From assembly GCA_963546435.1 (NCBI GenBank), contig CAUUMU010000001.1, positions 231 to 64,230 of the forward strand: DNA of 64,000 bases, given 5' to 3'. Of the stretch, positions 1 to 9,555 are shown one piece after another. Under the pieces are notes generated by a model. It was not told the DNA's origin and searched no databases. It was given only the letters and a program-made list of their open reading frames with translations. Source of the stretch: an uncultured Candidatus Saccharibacteria bacterium. GTDB lineage: Bacteria; Patescibacteriota; Saccharimonadia; Saccharimonadales; Saccharimonadaceae. The position numbers and the translations under genes are program-made. Within the stretch, counting starts at the first letter, position 1. Each line of letters begins with the position of its first letter.

Positions 1-96
1 CTCCAGCAAAGTTACCAAATCACTTGGCACCGTGGCTACAACTTTTTCCCGCGCACACCGCATATTGAGCACTTGGTCGTTCTTGACAAGAAATGA
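1..96 (+). CDS. C-terminal fragment of a TrmA/RlmD-family RNA (uracil-5) methyltransferase (partial, runs off window)
   Basis: Frame 1 reads LQQSYQITWHRGYNFFPRTPHIEHLVVLDKK*, matching the family C-terminal FPxTxHxE motif. Confidence 0.7.
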   Translation, partial: LQQSYQITWHRGYNFFPRTPHIEHLVVLDKK

Positions 97-141
97 ACTA
101 ACTTGACGGCGTAGTAACAACTGGAGCTGAATTCTCAAAAA

Positions 142-170
142 TTGACATAGTGTTGTACTGCTGATATAAT
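142..170 (+). promoter_or_regulatory. sigma70 promoter
   Basis: TTGACA-N17-TATAAT, followed by a GAGGAG RBS before ATG 209. Confidence 0.85.
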
Positions 171-208
171 CTCAGCACACTAAAATCCATACGAGAGGAG
201 TTATAGCT

Positions 209-1255
209 ATGCCAGGAATACCAAAGCCACCTGAGAGAATGCTGAGCGAAGAGCAAAATAATTCTACAACCCCCTGGGGCATGCTTCAGGAAAATTCTGC
301 GGGTATCAAGGAGGAAGTTCAGGCAGATCCAGAAACACCTGTTGGCACTGACGGCTCTACTGAAGTCACTCCTGAACCTAGCGAACCTGAAATGTATAGC
401 GGTCCGCTGGAAAAAGCCCCATTGCTTGAGTTGGGCAACGACCTTGCTGATGCCAGAATATTTTTCTCTGATGCAGTAGATATAGCCAAATATGCTATCA
501 GTAACGGCCCAGAAGCACCAGAAGAAGGCCAGCCGGTACTACTTATTTTTGGTGGTGTTTGTGTTCCCGTATATGAAAATTCTGATCCCGAAAAACTAGA
601 GGCAGCTTGGGCGCGAGTTATGCGCGGACACTGTGATCAGCAGATAAAAGTTCCTGATCCGTATAGTGAGCATCCTGTAATGGCAGAGACATATCCACTC
701 GTAATAAAAACTCTGGACGATATACCAGAAAAATTCCTTGCTGCTGAGGCGCGGGAAGATGAAGCTCGGCGCAACGATGAAGACGATTATGATATTCAGC
801 GGGCAGATACCATTATCAACAGAAAAGAAAAATATGAGGAGCTAAAAGAAAAACTCTGGGACGTAGAAATACACCTTGCTGGAGCAGCGGCGGCGCAGCT
901 ACCACCCAATATCTATGGTGACAGAGATAACCCAATACAAGCAGAGCCATTTACGAGTGAGTTTGAGGCAAGAGGAGTCATGTACAGCTCTTACACATTC
1001 CTATTGGCAAAGCTCATAGAAGATCATCTCAACAATAACGAGACTGCAACCGTAGCAGATATTGCCGGAGAGGCCCTAAAAATATTGGATATCAGGGTAA
1101 ATACCTCAGATCCATTGTTTAATGCAGTAACTGGTTATTTATTGCCAGACTCAGCGTGGGGCTGGGATCATGGTCAAGAGCTATTAGGATGGTATAACGA
1201 AGTACGCGAGCGACAAAGTGGATACCGCTCACCTCTTCCGCCTGAAGCCCAGTAA
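209..1255 (+). CDS. hypothetical acidic protein
   Basis: 348-aa ORF with promoter, RBS and downstream hairpin; no motif recognised. Confidence 0.8.
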   Translation: MPGIPKPPERMLSEEQNNSTTPWGMLQENSAGIKEEVQADPETPVGTDGSTEVTPEPSEPEMYSGPLEKAPLLELGNDLADARIFFSDAVDIAKYAISNGPEAPEEGQPVLLIFGGVCVPVYENSDPEKLEAAWARVMRGHCDQQIKVPDPYSEHPVMAETYPLVIKTLDDIPEKFLAAEAREDEARRNDEDDYDIQRADTIINRKEKYEELKEKLWDVEIHLAGAAAAQLPPNIYGDRDNPIQAEPFTSEFEARGVMYSSYTFLLAKLIEDHLNNNETATVADIAGEALKILDIRVNTSDPLFNAVTGYLLPDSAWGWDHGQELLGWYNEVRERQSGYRSPLPPEAQ

Positions 1256-1302
1256 CAATTGTACGCTTAATATCAAGTGTTTCTAGGCTATAAGAATCCT
1301 AA

Positions 1303-1340
1303 CAAAACGCCGATGTACTTATGTACTTGCCGGCGTTTTG
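1303..1340 (+). terminator. hairpin, likely intrinsic terminator
   Basis: Perfect 10-bp stem CAAAACGCCG/CGGCGTTTTG; loop holds tandem ATGTACTT. Confidence 0.55.
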
Positions 1341-1494
1341 ATGTTCTTGAAATACCCACATTCCGACCCGTTCTTATCATGCTGCGCCAAGTTACTGTTA
1401 TCAGAAAGCACCGGCTACTATTTTCTATAAAAAGTTGTCTATGGTCATAACAGGGGTAAGAGAAAATATTACACCACATTTTTGACAAAATCCA

Positions 1495-1523
1495 TTGACA
1501 TTTTATTCTATTAGTGATATATA
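1495..1523 (+). promoter_or_regulatory. sigma70 promoter
   Basis: TTGACA-N17-TATATA with TG extension. Confidence 0.6.
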
Positions 1524-1526
1524 TAT

Positions 1527-1710
1527 CAGCTTTTGTTGACGAGTTGAGTACATCCTTGTCCGAAAGTGTAGTTTGACAAGCAGAGAAAGTTTCGATTTGA
1601 GGTGGGATGTCGTGGTGTATCATAAGAAGCACCAAAACACCCCATCTCGAGTCGACCCATCCGAGTGTCGACCAGTGTTTTTCACATGAGCATCCGCTCG
1701 GGTGGGGAGG
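1527..1710 (+). ncRNA. candidate structured leader or ncRNA
   Basis: Consecutive hairpins 1555-1580, 1592-1655 and 1656-1706 with several G-U pairs on the + strand; the last abuts the GGAGG RBS. Confidence 0.5.
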
Positions 1711-1719
1711 AAGAGTATT

Positions 1720-1950
1720 ATGCCCAACTATAAGGTTATTTCAATTAGTATAAAGTTCAATGATGGCACTAACCTGCTTAGCGCCATTATTGACGCGAAG
1801 ATGCTTGCTCAATTGCACGACCGGGAGGGGCAGACTGTGGTTAGGTTCAAGTTCAATAAGCACACCATCCAAGTATGTTCCAATTCCGATCCAATCTCCA
1901 TAACGAAGGCTCTCATGAAAGCAAAGCAAGGGGGGACCATTGGACCGTGA
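1720..1950 (+). CDS. small hypothetical protein (76 aa)
   Basis: ATG 1720 preceded by GGAGG at 1706-1710. Confidence 0.55.
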   Translation: MPNYKVISISIKFNDGTNLLSAIIDAKMLAQLHDREGQTVVRFKFNKHTIQVCSNSDPISITKALMKAKQGGTIGP

Positions 1951-2103
1951 CCTACCTGTACATGACTCAAAAGGAGGTGATTGATAGATATACACTGGTT
2001 ACGAACTGGCGGGCAAAGTTAACTTTCCTCCACCTTCTGCTTGTCAGTTCGCTCCATAGATGCGTGTCTATGCTGATGAGTCGGAAACGACGAAAGCGAA
2101 CTC

Positions 2104-3072
2104 TTATCCAAACATAACCAGTTGCGCCGCTAGTGCTTCGCGCGTAATTTCGTCTGCTCGGTCGCCGATGAATACGATTTTTGCTGCTTCCTCAGGCTTG
2201 GCATGAGTTATCTGAATTTGCTGCTCGGTCGCCTCCACATGCTGGCGCGCACCGTTGTCACTAATAAAGCAGCCTTTCATTCGCCGTAGGCCATATGCCG
2301 CAAATAATTCCGGCCATATTTTCTCCAACGTCGTCGCCGTAATTTTCACGCCCGACACATCCAGTACCGCATACGTCGGATTATCCGGCACCGCCAGTTC
2401 GCCGTCATACGTATCAAAAAACGCCAGCAGCCCCGACGGCGTAGTTATTTTACTAAGATCAAACCGACCGTGCGGCGCGCTGAGCACCTTGGCGTAGGGT
2501 AGGGTGCGGCGTTTTGCTTCGTATTCAGCCAGCTCGCTATCGTTCAGCAAATCCTCCTTGGTCACCAAAATCACGTCTGCTGCTTGCAGTTCAACTTCGT
2601 GCGCTGGCTCAATCCCGCGCAAAATCTCGTGCGCATCGATCACGTAAAAACTCTGCATCAACTCATACTTATTGAAGATTTGTGCATTAATCAATTTCTC
2701 GACCAAGTTCATCGTTCGCGCCACTCCCGTCGCCTCGATAAACACTGGCGCCGGTGAATTCCGGCAAAAATCCAGCAGCATCCGTGTCAGTGCGTGTTTC
2801 GACGAGCAGCAGACACAATCGCCAGCCAGCGTCGTCACCATCTCTGCCAATCCCTCCAGCCGATAACCGTCGACATTTTCATTGGCGTATTCATTTTCAA
2901 TCACCCGCGTGCCCTTATAGTCACTTTGTTGCAATAAGAATTCCAGCACGCTGGTCTTGCCGGCACCCAGCGAGCCGTTCACCAAATAAAGCGGCACTTT
3001 ATCAACGACCGCCCGCGCTTCGTCAAACGCCGCATTAACACTAAATTCCAAATCATCATCGCGTTTCGCCAT
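2104..3072 (-). CDS. COG0523/CobW-family (G3E) metallochaperone GTPase
   Basis: GSLGAGKT Walker A, ENE, CVCC (CxCC), IEATG, TKED motifs; start placed after the -10 box. Confidence 0.85.
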   Translation of the reverse strand: MAKRDDDLEFSVNAAFDEARAVVDKVPLYLVNGSLGAGKTSVLEFLLQQSDYKGTRVIENEYANENVDGYRLEGLAEMVTTLAGDCVCCSSKHALTRMLLDFCRNSPAPVFIEATGVARTMNLVEKLINAQIFNKYELMQSFYVIDAHEILRGIEPAHEVELQAADVILVTKEDLLNDSELAEYEAKRRTLPYAKVLSAPHGRFDLSKITTPSGLLAFFDTYDGELAVPDNPTYAVLDVSGVKITATTLEKIWPELFAAYGLRRMKGCFISDNGARQHVEATEQQIQITHAKPEEAAKIVFIGDRADEITREALAAQLVMFG

Positions 3073-3116
3073 ACGTCTATTATACGTCATCACAGCCAAG
3101 GTGCTATACTAAGGCT

Positions 3117-3722
3117 ATGAAAGTCATTCTGGCCCTTGGCAACCCTGGCGAAAAGTACGTTCACACGCGGCATAATACTGGCTTTTTAGTAGTCGACCAG
3201 TTGGCAGCGGAGCAGGGTGCACAATTTAGCAATAAGCCCAAATTCTTTGCGTATATTGCCGAGCTAAATAATGTCAAGCTAGCCTCAACCGCTAACGCAA
3301 AGTCGCGCACCGCTAGTCCGCAGGAAAAAGTTCTCTTGGTCAAACCAACGACGTACTACAACGAAGTCGGCATTGCCGCGCGAGCGCTCATGGATTTTTA
3401 TAAGCTGACGCTTGATGATCTCCTGATTATTCATGACGATACGGCGCTTGATTTTGGTAAAATTCGTGTCCGCAAGGGTGGTGAAAGCGCTGGCAATAAC
3501 GGACTGAAGTCACTGCACCGACATGTTGGTAGTGACTTCTGGCATATTCGCACCGGCACCGACAACCTACTACGCAGGCAAATCGGCGATGTTGATTTCG
3601 TCCTCAGCAAGTTCAACGCCGATGAACGAACAATTCTTCAGAACTGGGTTATTCCAGAGTCAATTAACCTAATCGAGAAGTTTCTTAACGAAACAATTGA
3701 ACCATTTAGTATAAAACTTTAG
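3117..3722 (+). CDS. pth: peptidyl-tRNA hydrolase
   Basis: LGNPGEKY..TRHNTGF, KPTTYYN, IHDD, GNNGLKS motifs. Confidence 0.95.
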   Translation: MKVILALGNPGEKYVHTRHNTGFLVVDQLAAEQGAQFSNKPKFFAYIAELNNVKLASTANAKSRTASPQEKVLLVKPTTYYNEVGIAARALMDFYKLTLDDLLIIHDDTALDFGKIRVRKGGESAGNNGLKSLHRHVGSDFWHIRTGTDNLLRRQIGDVDFVLSKFNADERTILQNWVIPESINLIEKFLNETIEPFSIKL

Positions 3723-3739
3723 TGGCCAAATCCTAGTGT

Positions 3740-4861
3740 TTACTGTCGTTTTTTAGGCACAATTTTTGATGCGCTATGTTTTATTTTCTGCTCAGCTTGA
3801 TGAATTTTAGTCATCGCTACTTCTTGCAGCCTAATCGCTCGCACCTCCAGCATGCTACTGCCAACCGCCAAACTCACAAACAATAGCCCCAGACCACCCG
3901 TCGCCCATTCCGGCAGTTCCAGATGAAACAGCTTAGCAATCATCATCATACCCAGCGCCATAATCGCCCAGTGCGCACCGTTTTCCAGATATTTATACTT
4001 GCCAAGCACGCCCGTCCGCAGCAAATACACCGTCAGCGAACGCACCCAAATCGCGCCGGCGCCCAGGCCCGCCACGATCAGCAGCACACTGCTGGTGATA
4101 GCAAACGCGCCGATGACGCCGTCAAAGCTAAAACTAGCGTCCAGCACTTCCAGATAGAGCAGGCTAGCGAACGCCGCCCAGCCAGTCTTGACCTTGACCG
4201 ATTTAGCATCATCCTCATGAAAGAATGAGCCGAACAATTCCAGTCCAATGTGCAGTATAATCCCCAGCACCGACGAGATCAGCACCAGCGCCCGATGCGG
4301 CGGCTCAACCGTGAAATACAGTACCGCCGCCACGCTGAGCATCAAACACACCTTGAAATTCTCGAACCGCCCAGCCTTGGCCAGCCACGGCTCGACATGC
4401 CGCATCCAATGCACGCGCTTGTTATAATCAATGAAATAACTGAGGCCAATCATAATCAGAAACGCGCCGCCAAAAGCATCGATCATCGGCGAGGCTTCGT
4501 GCAAGATATGCCCGTATTCCGCCGGTCTATTCAGCGCCAAATCAACCACTTCCATAAACCCATGGCCGCTCGCCACCATCACGATGATAATCGGCAGCAC
4601 GAACCGCACCACAAACACCGCCACGAAAATCCCAACTGTCAAGAATACCTTTTGCCAAACCTGGCTCATGCCGGCCAGCACCTTGCTGTTGATCACCGCG
4701 TTATCAAAGCTAAACGTCACTTCCAGCACCACCAAGATTGCAAACAGCCACAAGCCGCTCGCGCCGAAATGTCCGAAAATCAACCCGCCCAACGCCAGCG
4801 TCAACAGCGCCGAAAACCAAAAAATCCGAAATGGGTGATGTGAGTGGAGCCAATGTTTCAT
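3740..4861 (-). CDS. DUF475/TerC-family membrane protein
   Basis: LEVTFSFDNAVIN and LEVLDASFSFDGVIGAFA motifs; many TM helices. Confidence 0.85.
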   Translation of the reverse strand: MKHWLHSHHPFRIFWFSALLTLALGGLIFGHFGASGLWLFAILVVLEVTFSFDNAVINSKVLAGMSQVWQKVFLTVGIFVAVFVVRFVLPIIIVMVASGHGFMEVVDLALNRPAEYGHILHEASPMIDAFGGAFLIMIGLSYFIDYNKRVHWMRHVEPWLAKAGRFENFKVCLMLSVAAVLYFTVEPPHRALVLISSVLGIILHIGLELFGSFFHEDDAKSVKVKTGWAAFASLLYLEVLDASFSFDGVIGAFAITSSVLLIVAGLGAGAIWVRSLTVYLLRTGVLGKYKYLENGAHWAIMALGMMMIAKLFHLELPEWATGGLGLLFVSLAVGSSMLEVRAIRLQEVAMTKIHQAEQKIKHSASKIVPKKRQ

Positions 4862-4910
4862 ACTGAGTTTTAGTATAGCATGCTAGGCGGGGAGTAGTAT
4901 AATAGAAACT

Positions 4911-5954
4911 ATGCCGTCACTACAGACAATATATCAGCGCGCTGGCGCCTGGTTCAAAAACCACAGCGATGCAATCCGATGGACGATCGTCGGCTTGTTT
5001 GGGATCGTTGTGATGCAGTATGGTTTACAAATCGACCTCTGGCTAATTGCCCATCCACCGCACACGTGGGCCGAGACGTTGGCGCCATTGGCACAGGATT
5101 TCCTGACACTAACATGCAGCGTCATCGTTGAGGCCACACCGTTTCTCATCATCGGCATCATTGTTTCCGCTCTCATCCGCCGCTTCCTACCGCCGGATCG
5201 ATTGCTTAAAATCCTCCCCAAGCACACGCTCATTCGCCGCATTCTCCTCTCGCTCGTCGGTATCGCGCTGCCAGTCTGCGAGTGCGGCAATGTGCCGGTC
5301 GCCCGCAGTCTCCTAGCGCACGGTCTCAAGCCCGCCGACGTCATCAGCTTTCTCCTAGCCGCGCCGATCCTCAATCCGATCACTATCATCGCCACCATGA
5401 CCGCCTTTAGTTTTGAACCACGCATGGTCTGGTGGCGCATCGGCTTTGGCTTTCTGATCGTCCAGCTGACCGCTCTGATCGTCAGCTTTATTCACCCGAG
5501 GCACGTCCTCCAGCCGTCATTCGCTGCTTCTTGCACCGACCGTCATCCAACGACTTTTCGCCACATCCTCGCTGATTCCCGCAACGAATTTTGGCAGCTG
5601 ACCACCATGCTGGTCCTCGGCGCCATGATCGCTGCCGCCACCCAAGTCTTCGTCCCGCGCTCCATCATCAACGCCGTCGGCGGCGACATCATCCTGTCGG
5701 TCATCGCCATGATCGGCCTCGGCTTCGTCGTCTCTATCTGCTCCAGTGTCGATGCGTTTTTTGCGCTGGCCTACGCCCGTATCTTTACCAATGGCTCCGT
5801 CCTCGCCTTTCTGCTAACTGGCCCGATGATCGACATCAAGCTCATCCTCCTCATGAGAAGCACTTTCCGTCCGCGCTTTATCTTGCTAGTCATGCTTATT
5901 ATTTTCAGCCTGTCACTCGCGGCAGGAATCGGAGTCAATCTATATGCGCGCTAA
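4911..5954 (+). CDS. DUF318 (YcgR/ArsP-like) permease
   Basis: PVCECGNVPVAR, APILNP, SICSSVDAF, GPMID motifs. Confidence 0.85.
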   Translation: MPSLQTIYQRAGAWFKNHSDAIRWTIVGLFGIVVMQYGLQIDLWLIAHPPHTWAETLAPLAQDFLTLTCSVIVEATPFLIIGIIVSALIRRFLPPDRLLKILPKHTLIRRILLSLVGIALPVCECGNVPVARSLLAHGLKPADVISFLLAAPILNPITIIATMTAFSFEPRMVWWRIGFGFLIVQLTALIVSFIHPRHVLQPSFAASCTDRHPTTFRHILADSRNEFWQLTTMLVLGAMIAAATQVFVPRSIINAVGGDIILSVIAMIGLGFVVSICSSVDAFFALAYARIFTNGSVLAFLLTGPMIDIKLILLMRSTFRPRFILLVMLIIFSLSLAAGIGVNLYAR

Positions 5955-6717
5955 GTTCACCCCGTTGTTACGCGCTGGCGGCGGACTGCTCGCCTGTGGC
6001 TACATCATCCTCATCGCCGTCCGCGGCCAGCTCGGCTTTTACATCCATCCACGCTACCATCTGCTCGCCGTCGTGGCGGCCATGACTGGCGGTATGTTAC
6101 TAATACTCGATATCATCTTGCAGCTACGCCATAACCCAGCAGGGAAGCGACGAGCCTCCGCTGGCGCGACAACCACGAAGCACCCAGAAAAGCCGCGGCG
6201 CAAGATCCCTATACTGGCAATCATCACCGCCGGCATCCTCGCTCTGGCCATCGTCCTGCCGCCGCGTCCACTGTCCTCGTCCAGCGCTGCCAACCGCGCC
6301 ACGTCCGGGCCAACCAGTACGACCGGCCGCTGTGACAAACCAGAGCCGCTTGATGGCAAGCCCGTTTCGATGAACCGTTGGCGTAGCGCGTTTGATGACT
6401 GTCCGAATGACAGCTTTTTTGACGGTGTAACCATTGACGTCACTGGCTTCGTGGCGCGCGACCCAAGCGGCTTTTACGACAACCACTACTTCGAGCTCTC
6501 ACGCTTCGTCATCAGCTGCTGCGCTGTCGACAGCACCCCGATCAGCATTCTCGTTAAATCCCCAGACGCCGAGCGTTACCGCAACAACCAATGGCTACGC
6601 CTAAGCGGCCAGGTTAAACGTGAACTATCCGGCGGCCGAGCTGTCTACGTCCTCACCAACCCCACCATCACCCCAACCACCGAACCAGCCAATCCATACG
6701 AATTCCTCGGCGTCTAG
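5944..6717 (+). CDS. TIGR03943/DUF1980 (YcgQ-like) permease partner
   Basis: YIHPR, GFV, RFVISCCAVD and C-terminal PANPY motifs; overlaps the permease. Confidence 0.85.
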   Translation: MRAKFTPLLRAGGGLLACGYIILIAVRGQLGFYIHPRYHLLAVVAAMTGGMLLILDIILQLRHNPAGKRRASAGATTTKHPEKPRRKIPILAIITAGILALAIVLPPRPLSSSSAANRATSGPTSTTGRCDKPEPLDGKPVSMNRWRSAFDDCPNDSFFDGVTIDVTGFVARDPSGFYDNHYFELSRFVISCCAVDSTPISILVKSPDAERYRNNQWLRLSGQVKRELSGGRAVYVLTNPTITPTTEPANPYEFLGV

Positions 6718-6727
6718 CTGTGTATCA

Positions 6728-6757
6728 TTATTGCGACAATGTCTCAATTAGTGCTAC
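6728..6757. repeat. copy 1 of a 30-bp direct repeat containing a palindromic operator-like site
   Basis: ttattgcgacaatgtctcaattagtgctac, 24/30 identical to 7560-7589. Confidence 0.75.
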
Positions 6758-6763
6758 GCTTCG

Positions 6764-7531
6764 TTACTGCACGGGCTTGCATACAAAGACTGAATTAATC
6801 ACCTCATCTGTCGGATGATATTCCTCCATCAGCTTCACACCCTCAAAAGCGTGAGCATCAAATCCTGGATAGAGCAGGGTGCGCGCCCCATACGCGCCAC
6901 GCGCGATCAGTCGTCCGTCAGGTTTGAGCGCTGGTCGTACATGATCAACAATTGCTTGCTTTTCCGCCAGCGTTTCGCCAGCCAGCCCCGCCACATATAT
7001 CGCATCATACTGCCCCTCATCCAGCGCCACCGACTGGCCCAGACCAGTCACAAATTCACCCGGCCAATCAAGCGCCGTGGCAAGGCCGCGCGATAACTCA
7101 ATTGCCTCGTCCGACGCATCAATATGCGTAATCCGCGCTCCCGTTAGCTGATGTAGCCACCATCCCGTCAGCGGCAACGGCCCGCTACCGATCATCGCAA
7201 CCTCCGAGGAGTCACACAGCCACAGCCCAGCTCGCCCCAGTAGTCCAATCTCACGCCGCGTCAACTCTTTATAATTCTCATGATACGGAAACTCTTCCAG
7301 CTTTGCCCACGGGTTATCCGCCTTCGTGATACGCCTCGACCAGTGTCGTTCCAGCTCTCCCTCGGCTACCGCGCAGCGCTGCTGCACCTGATGGCGCCTA
7401 TTCTCATCACACAGCAGTGGCTCTTCACCGTGCGCCACCACCGCATCAACTAATTCGGTAAACGCCGCATTAACTTCCTCAGAAGGTGTGAGCTGCGGCA
7501 AGCTCAGCACTCGTTCAATACATTCTTTCAT
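6764..7531 (-). CDS. nicotianamine synthase-family protein
   Basis: VNAAFTELV, AEGELERHW, FPYHENY, IGSGPLPLT, RTLLYP and VINSV motifs of the NAS family. Confidence 0.88.
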   Translation of the reverse strand: MKECIERVLSLPQLTPSEEVNAAFTELVDAVVAHGEEPLLCDENRRHQVQQRCAVAEGELERHWSRRITKADNPWAKLEEFPYHENYKELTRREIGLLGRAGLWLCDSSEVAMIGSGPLPLTGWWLHQLTGARITHIDASDEAIELSRGLATALDWPGEFVTGLGQSVALDEGQYDAIYVAGLAGETLAEKQAIVDHVRPALKPDGRLIARGAYGARTLLYPGFDAHAFEGVKLMEEYHPTDEVINSVFVCKPVQ

Positions 7532-7539
7532 AGCTCATC

Positions 7540-7598
7540 AGTATGGCGTATTGTGTGGCTTATTGCAATTTTGTCGCAATAAGTGCTACAATTGCGAC
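7540..7598. promoter_or_regulatory. divergent NAS/fur promoters overlapped by a palindromic operator (repeat copy 2)
   Basis: Minus: TTGCAA-N17-CATACT; plus: TGcTACAAT before ATG 7599; palindrome TTATTGC..GCAATAA at 7560-7582; extra half-site TTGCGACA at 7592-7599. Confidence 0.7.
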
Positions 7599-8057
7599 AT
7601 GGATACCTTACGCGACATCTTTCGCCAAGCCGACCTTCGCCTGACCAAATCACGCTGCGAAGTCTTTACGGCACTCGAATCTATCGACGTACCACTGACC
7701 ATCGCCGAAATTGCCAAGCGCTGCCCGAACACTAACCGCACCAGCATTTACCGCATCCTCGAAACCTTTCACGAGCTCCGCGTCATTAACACCATCCACA
7801 TCGGTTGGAAAGTCCGTTATGAGCTTGCCGAGCCATTCATCACGCATCATCACCACCTCTACTGCACCCGCTGTCATAACGCCGAACCGCTGGAGACACC
7901 AGAGCTAGAGCGACTCATTGCCCTGATCGGCCGGCGCCATCACTTCCGTGTCGAGCGCCACCACTTTGAACTCGAAGGAGTGTGCCAGGCCTGCATGACA
8001 GCTGGTGATACGCAGCCCGAACCAGCCGAAACAACTGCCAAAAAACTAACCAGGTAG
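7599..8057 (+). CDS. Fur-family (Zur-like) metal-responsive repressor
   Basis: RLTKSR, TSIYRIL, HHHLYCTRC and GVCQAC motifs. Confidence 0.9.
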   Translation: MDTLRDIFRQADLRLTKSRCEVFTALESIDVPLTIAEIAKRCPNTNRTSIYRILETFHELRVINTIHIGWKVRYELAEPFITHHHHLYCTRCHNAEPLETPELERLIALIGRRHHFRVERHHFELEGVCQACMTAGDTQPEPAETTAKKLTR

Positions 8058-8103
8058 CGACCGCCCAGACCAACAAACCATGCGACCAAAAATTTCTATA
8101 AAA

Positions 8104-9087
8104 CTATACTTCAAGCTTTGCCCGTAGCATGTCCCGCTCGCGCGTCAGCATCCGGTAGCGCTTGAATGCACCCATCAGTTCATTGCGTGCGGTCGCATCT
8201 AGGTCAAAAATCGCCAGCAGCACCGAATCAATTTCCTTGACCGCCCGCTGCGCCTCTGATAAATTCGCCACACCCGGCACCGTATCGAGGTATTCCTCGC
8301 GAATTGCTTCGGTCTTTTTCTCATATAGCGCCAGCCGCTTCGCCGGGCTCTCGGCCGCTTTTTTACTCAGCCGGCCCAGCGCCTTTTCGTACTCCTGTCG
8401 CGCCGCTAGTACCGTCACATAATCAATATTCAGCCCGAACAGCCGCGCCGCCAAGCCGCCGCGCTCCTGCTCAATCGCCGTCATTTCTCGCTCAATCGCC
8501 GCCAAGCGCCTCGTTACCTCGCGCCGCAGTTTCTTGACCTGACGACCGGCCCGCAGCCGCTGCCAGCATCGCACCAGAGGCCGCGCCTGCTTGTCCACCA
8601 CAGTCACACCGACCTCAGAGAGCACCGTCCGGTACAGTTCATACCGCATAAAATCTTCAACCTGCTGTCGACAGGCATCAATTGGCTGCCGGGCAAACGC
8701 TAGCGTTCGCTGATACGGCTTTTTCTCTCGCCTTGACGTAAACTGCGACCCCGCAAAGGCCAGTCGCTCCTCCTCGAGCCGCACCGGTATCATCATGGCG
8801 ATCAGCCGTTGCTGCGACGACGTCTCGGCCAGTAAATCCTCCCGCAAGGCTTGTTGCAACATTGTCGCATTATGCGCCGAGGTGATCGTCTCTAGCCTCG
8901 GCAAACATTCGTCCCGCCACGCCGTCAACGTGTCATGCATCGTGCGCTTACTGCGACTTAGCACCCGCGCGTCTCGTCGAAATCGTCGCGGCACGCGCGC
9001 CAAGACGGTGGCCGCTTGGGCTCGAAACACCAACGGGCGCTCTTGGCTTAACTTGACTAACGTATCGTGCTCAATTATCTGCGTCAT
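8104..9087 (-). CDS. hypothetical helical/coiled-coil protein
   Basis: 327-aa ORF with its own TTGACT-N17-TATAGT promoter just upstream. Confidence 0.75.
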   Translation of the reverse strand: MTQIIEHDTLVKLSQERPLVFRAQAATVLARVPRRFRRDARVLSRSKRTMHDTLTAWRDECLPRLETITSAHNATMLQQALREDLLAETSSQQRLIAMMIPVRLEEERLAFAGSQFTSRREKKPYQRTLAFARQPIDACRQQVEDFMRYELYRTVLSEVGVTVVDKQARPLVRCWQRLRAGRQVKKLRREVTRRLAAIEREMTAIEQERGGLAARLFGLNIDYVTVLAARQEYEKALGRLSKKAAESPAKRLALYEKKTEAIREEYLDTVPGVANLSEAQRAVKEIDSVLLAIFDLDATARNELMGAFKRYRMLTRERDMLRAKLEV

Positions 9088-9232
9088 ATGCCTTCACTAT
9101 ACTATTTTAGAGACAAAAAGTCAATATTATGCTCACGCATATTCGTCTAACGTCTCGCTTTCCGGCAGGTCACCTCACACTAATTCACGCCCAATCTTCA
9201 CTTACACGGTGCAAGATCACATCAAAAACCCA

Positions 9233-9277
9233 ACTAAAAAAGCGCCAGGTAAGGGTGGGCATCACCTGGCGCTTTGT
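9233..9277 (-). terminator. intrinsic terminator
   Basis: 12-bp stem AAAGCGCCAGGT/ACCTGGCGCTTT running into a U-tract on the minus strand. Confidence 0.75.
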
Positions 9278-9550
9278 TACCCTTCAACCCACCCGAGCTC
9301 CCGTCTCAGTGAAGCGTCGTGACTAAAACTCCAAAAGTCCGCGCCTGATTATAATATCAACACCATCCAGTGCTCACCTTAACAGAGGTCGCCTTCAAAA
9401 AAGGGCAGTTAAAGGGGTTAGTATGCGCGTAACGTTGAATCGCAAAAAGTGGAGGGTAAGAATACTTAATGCCATTGCGCGCAACCTAACATATTAGTTA
9501 GAATAGGGGGTATAAGGTGCTTTTGATTAGCACTTCGGCTAACCAATCGC
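9233..9550 (-). ncRNA. candidate ~315-nt structured ncRNA
   Basis: Bounded by a perfect promoter and a terminator; no credible ORF; helices with G-U pairs on the minus strand. Confidence 0.6.
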
Positions 9551-9555
9551 TCCTG

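Noticed and set aside
3270..3325. About 18-aa extra segment in Pth as another palindromic insert
   Set aside because: No convincing inverted repeat; may be an ordinary variable loop
9280..9300. T-box-like GGGTGG before the terminator
   Set aside because: Lacks the GGUGGnACC consensus, and the downstream gene is not amino-acid related
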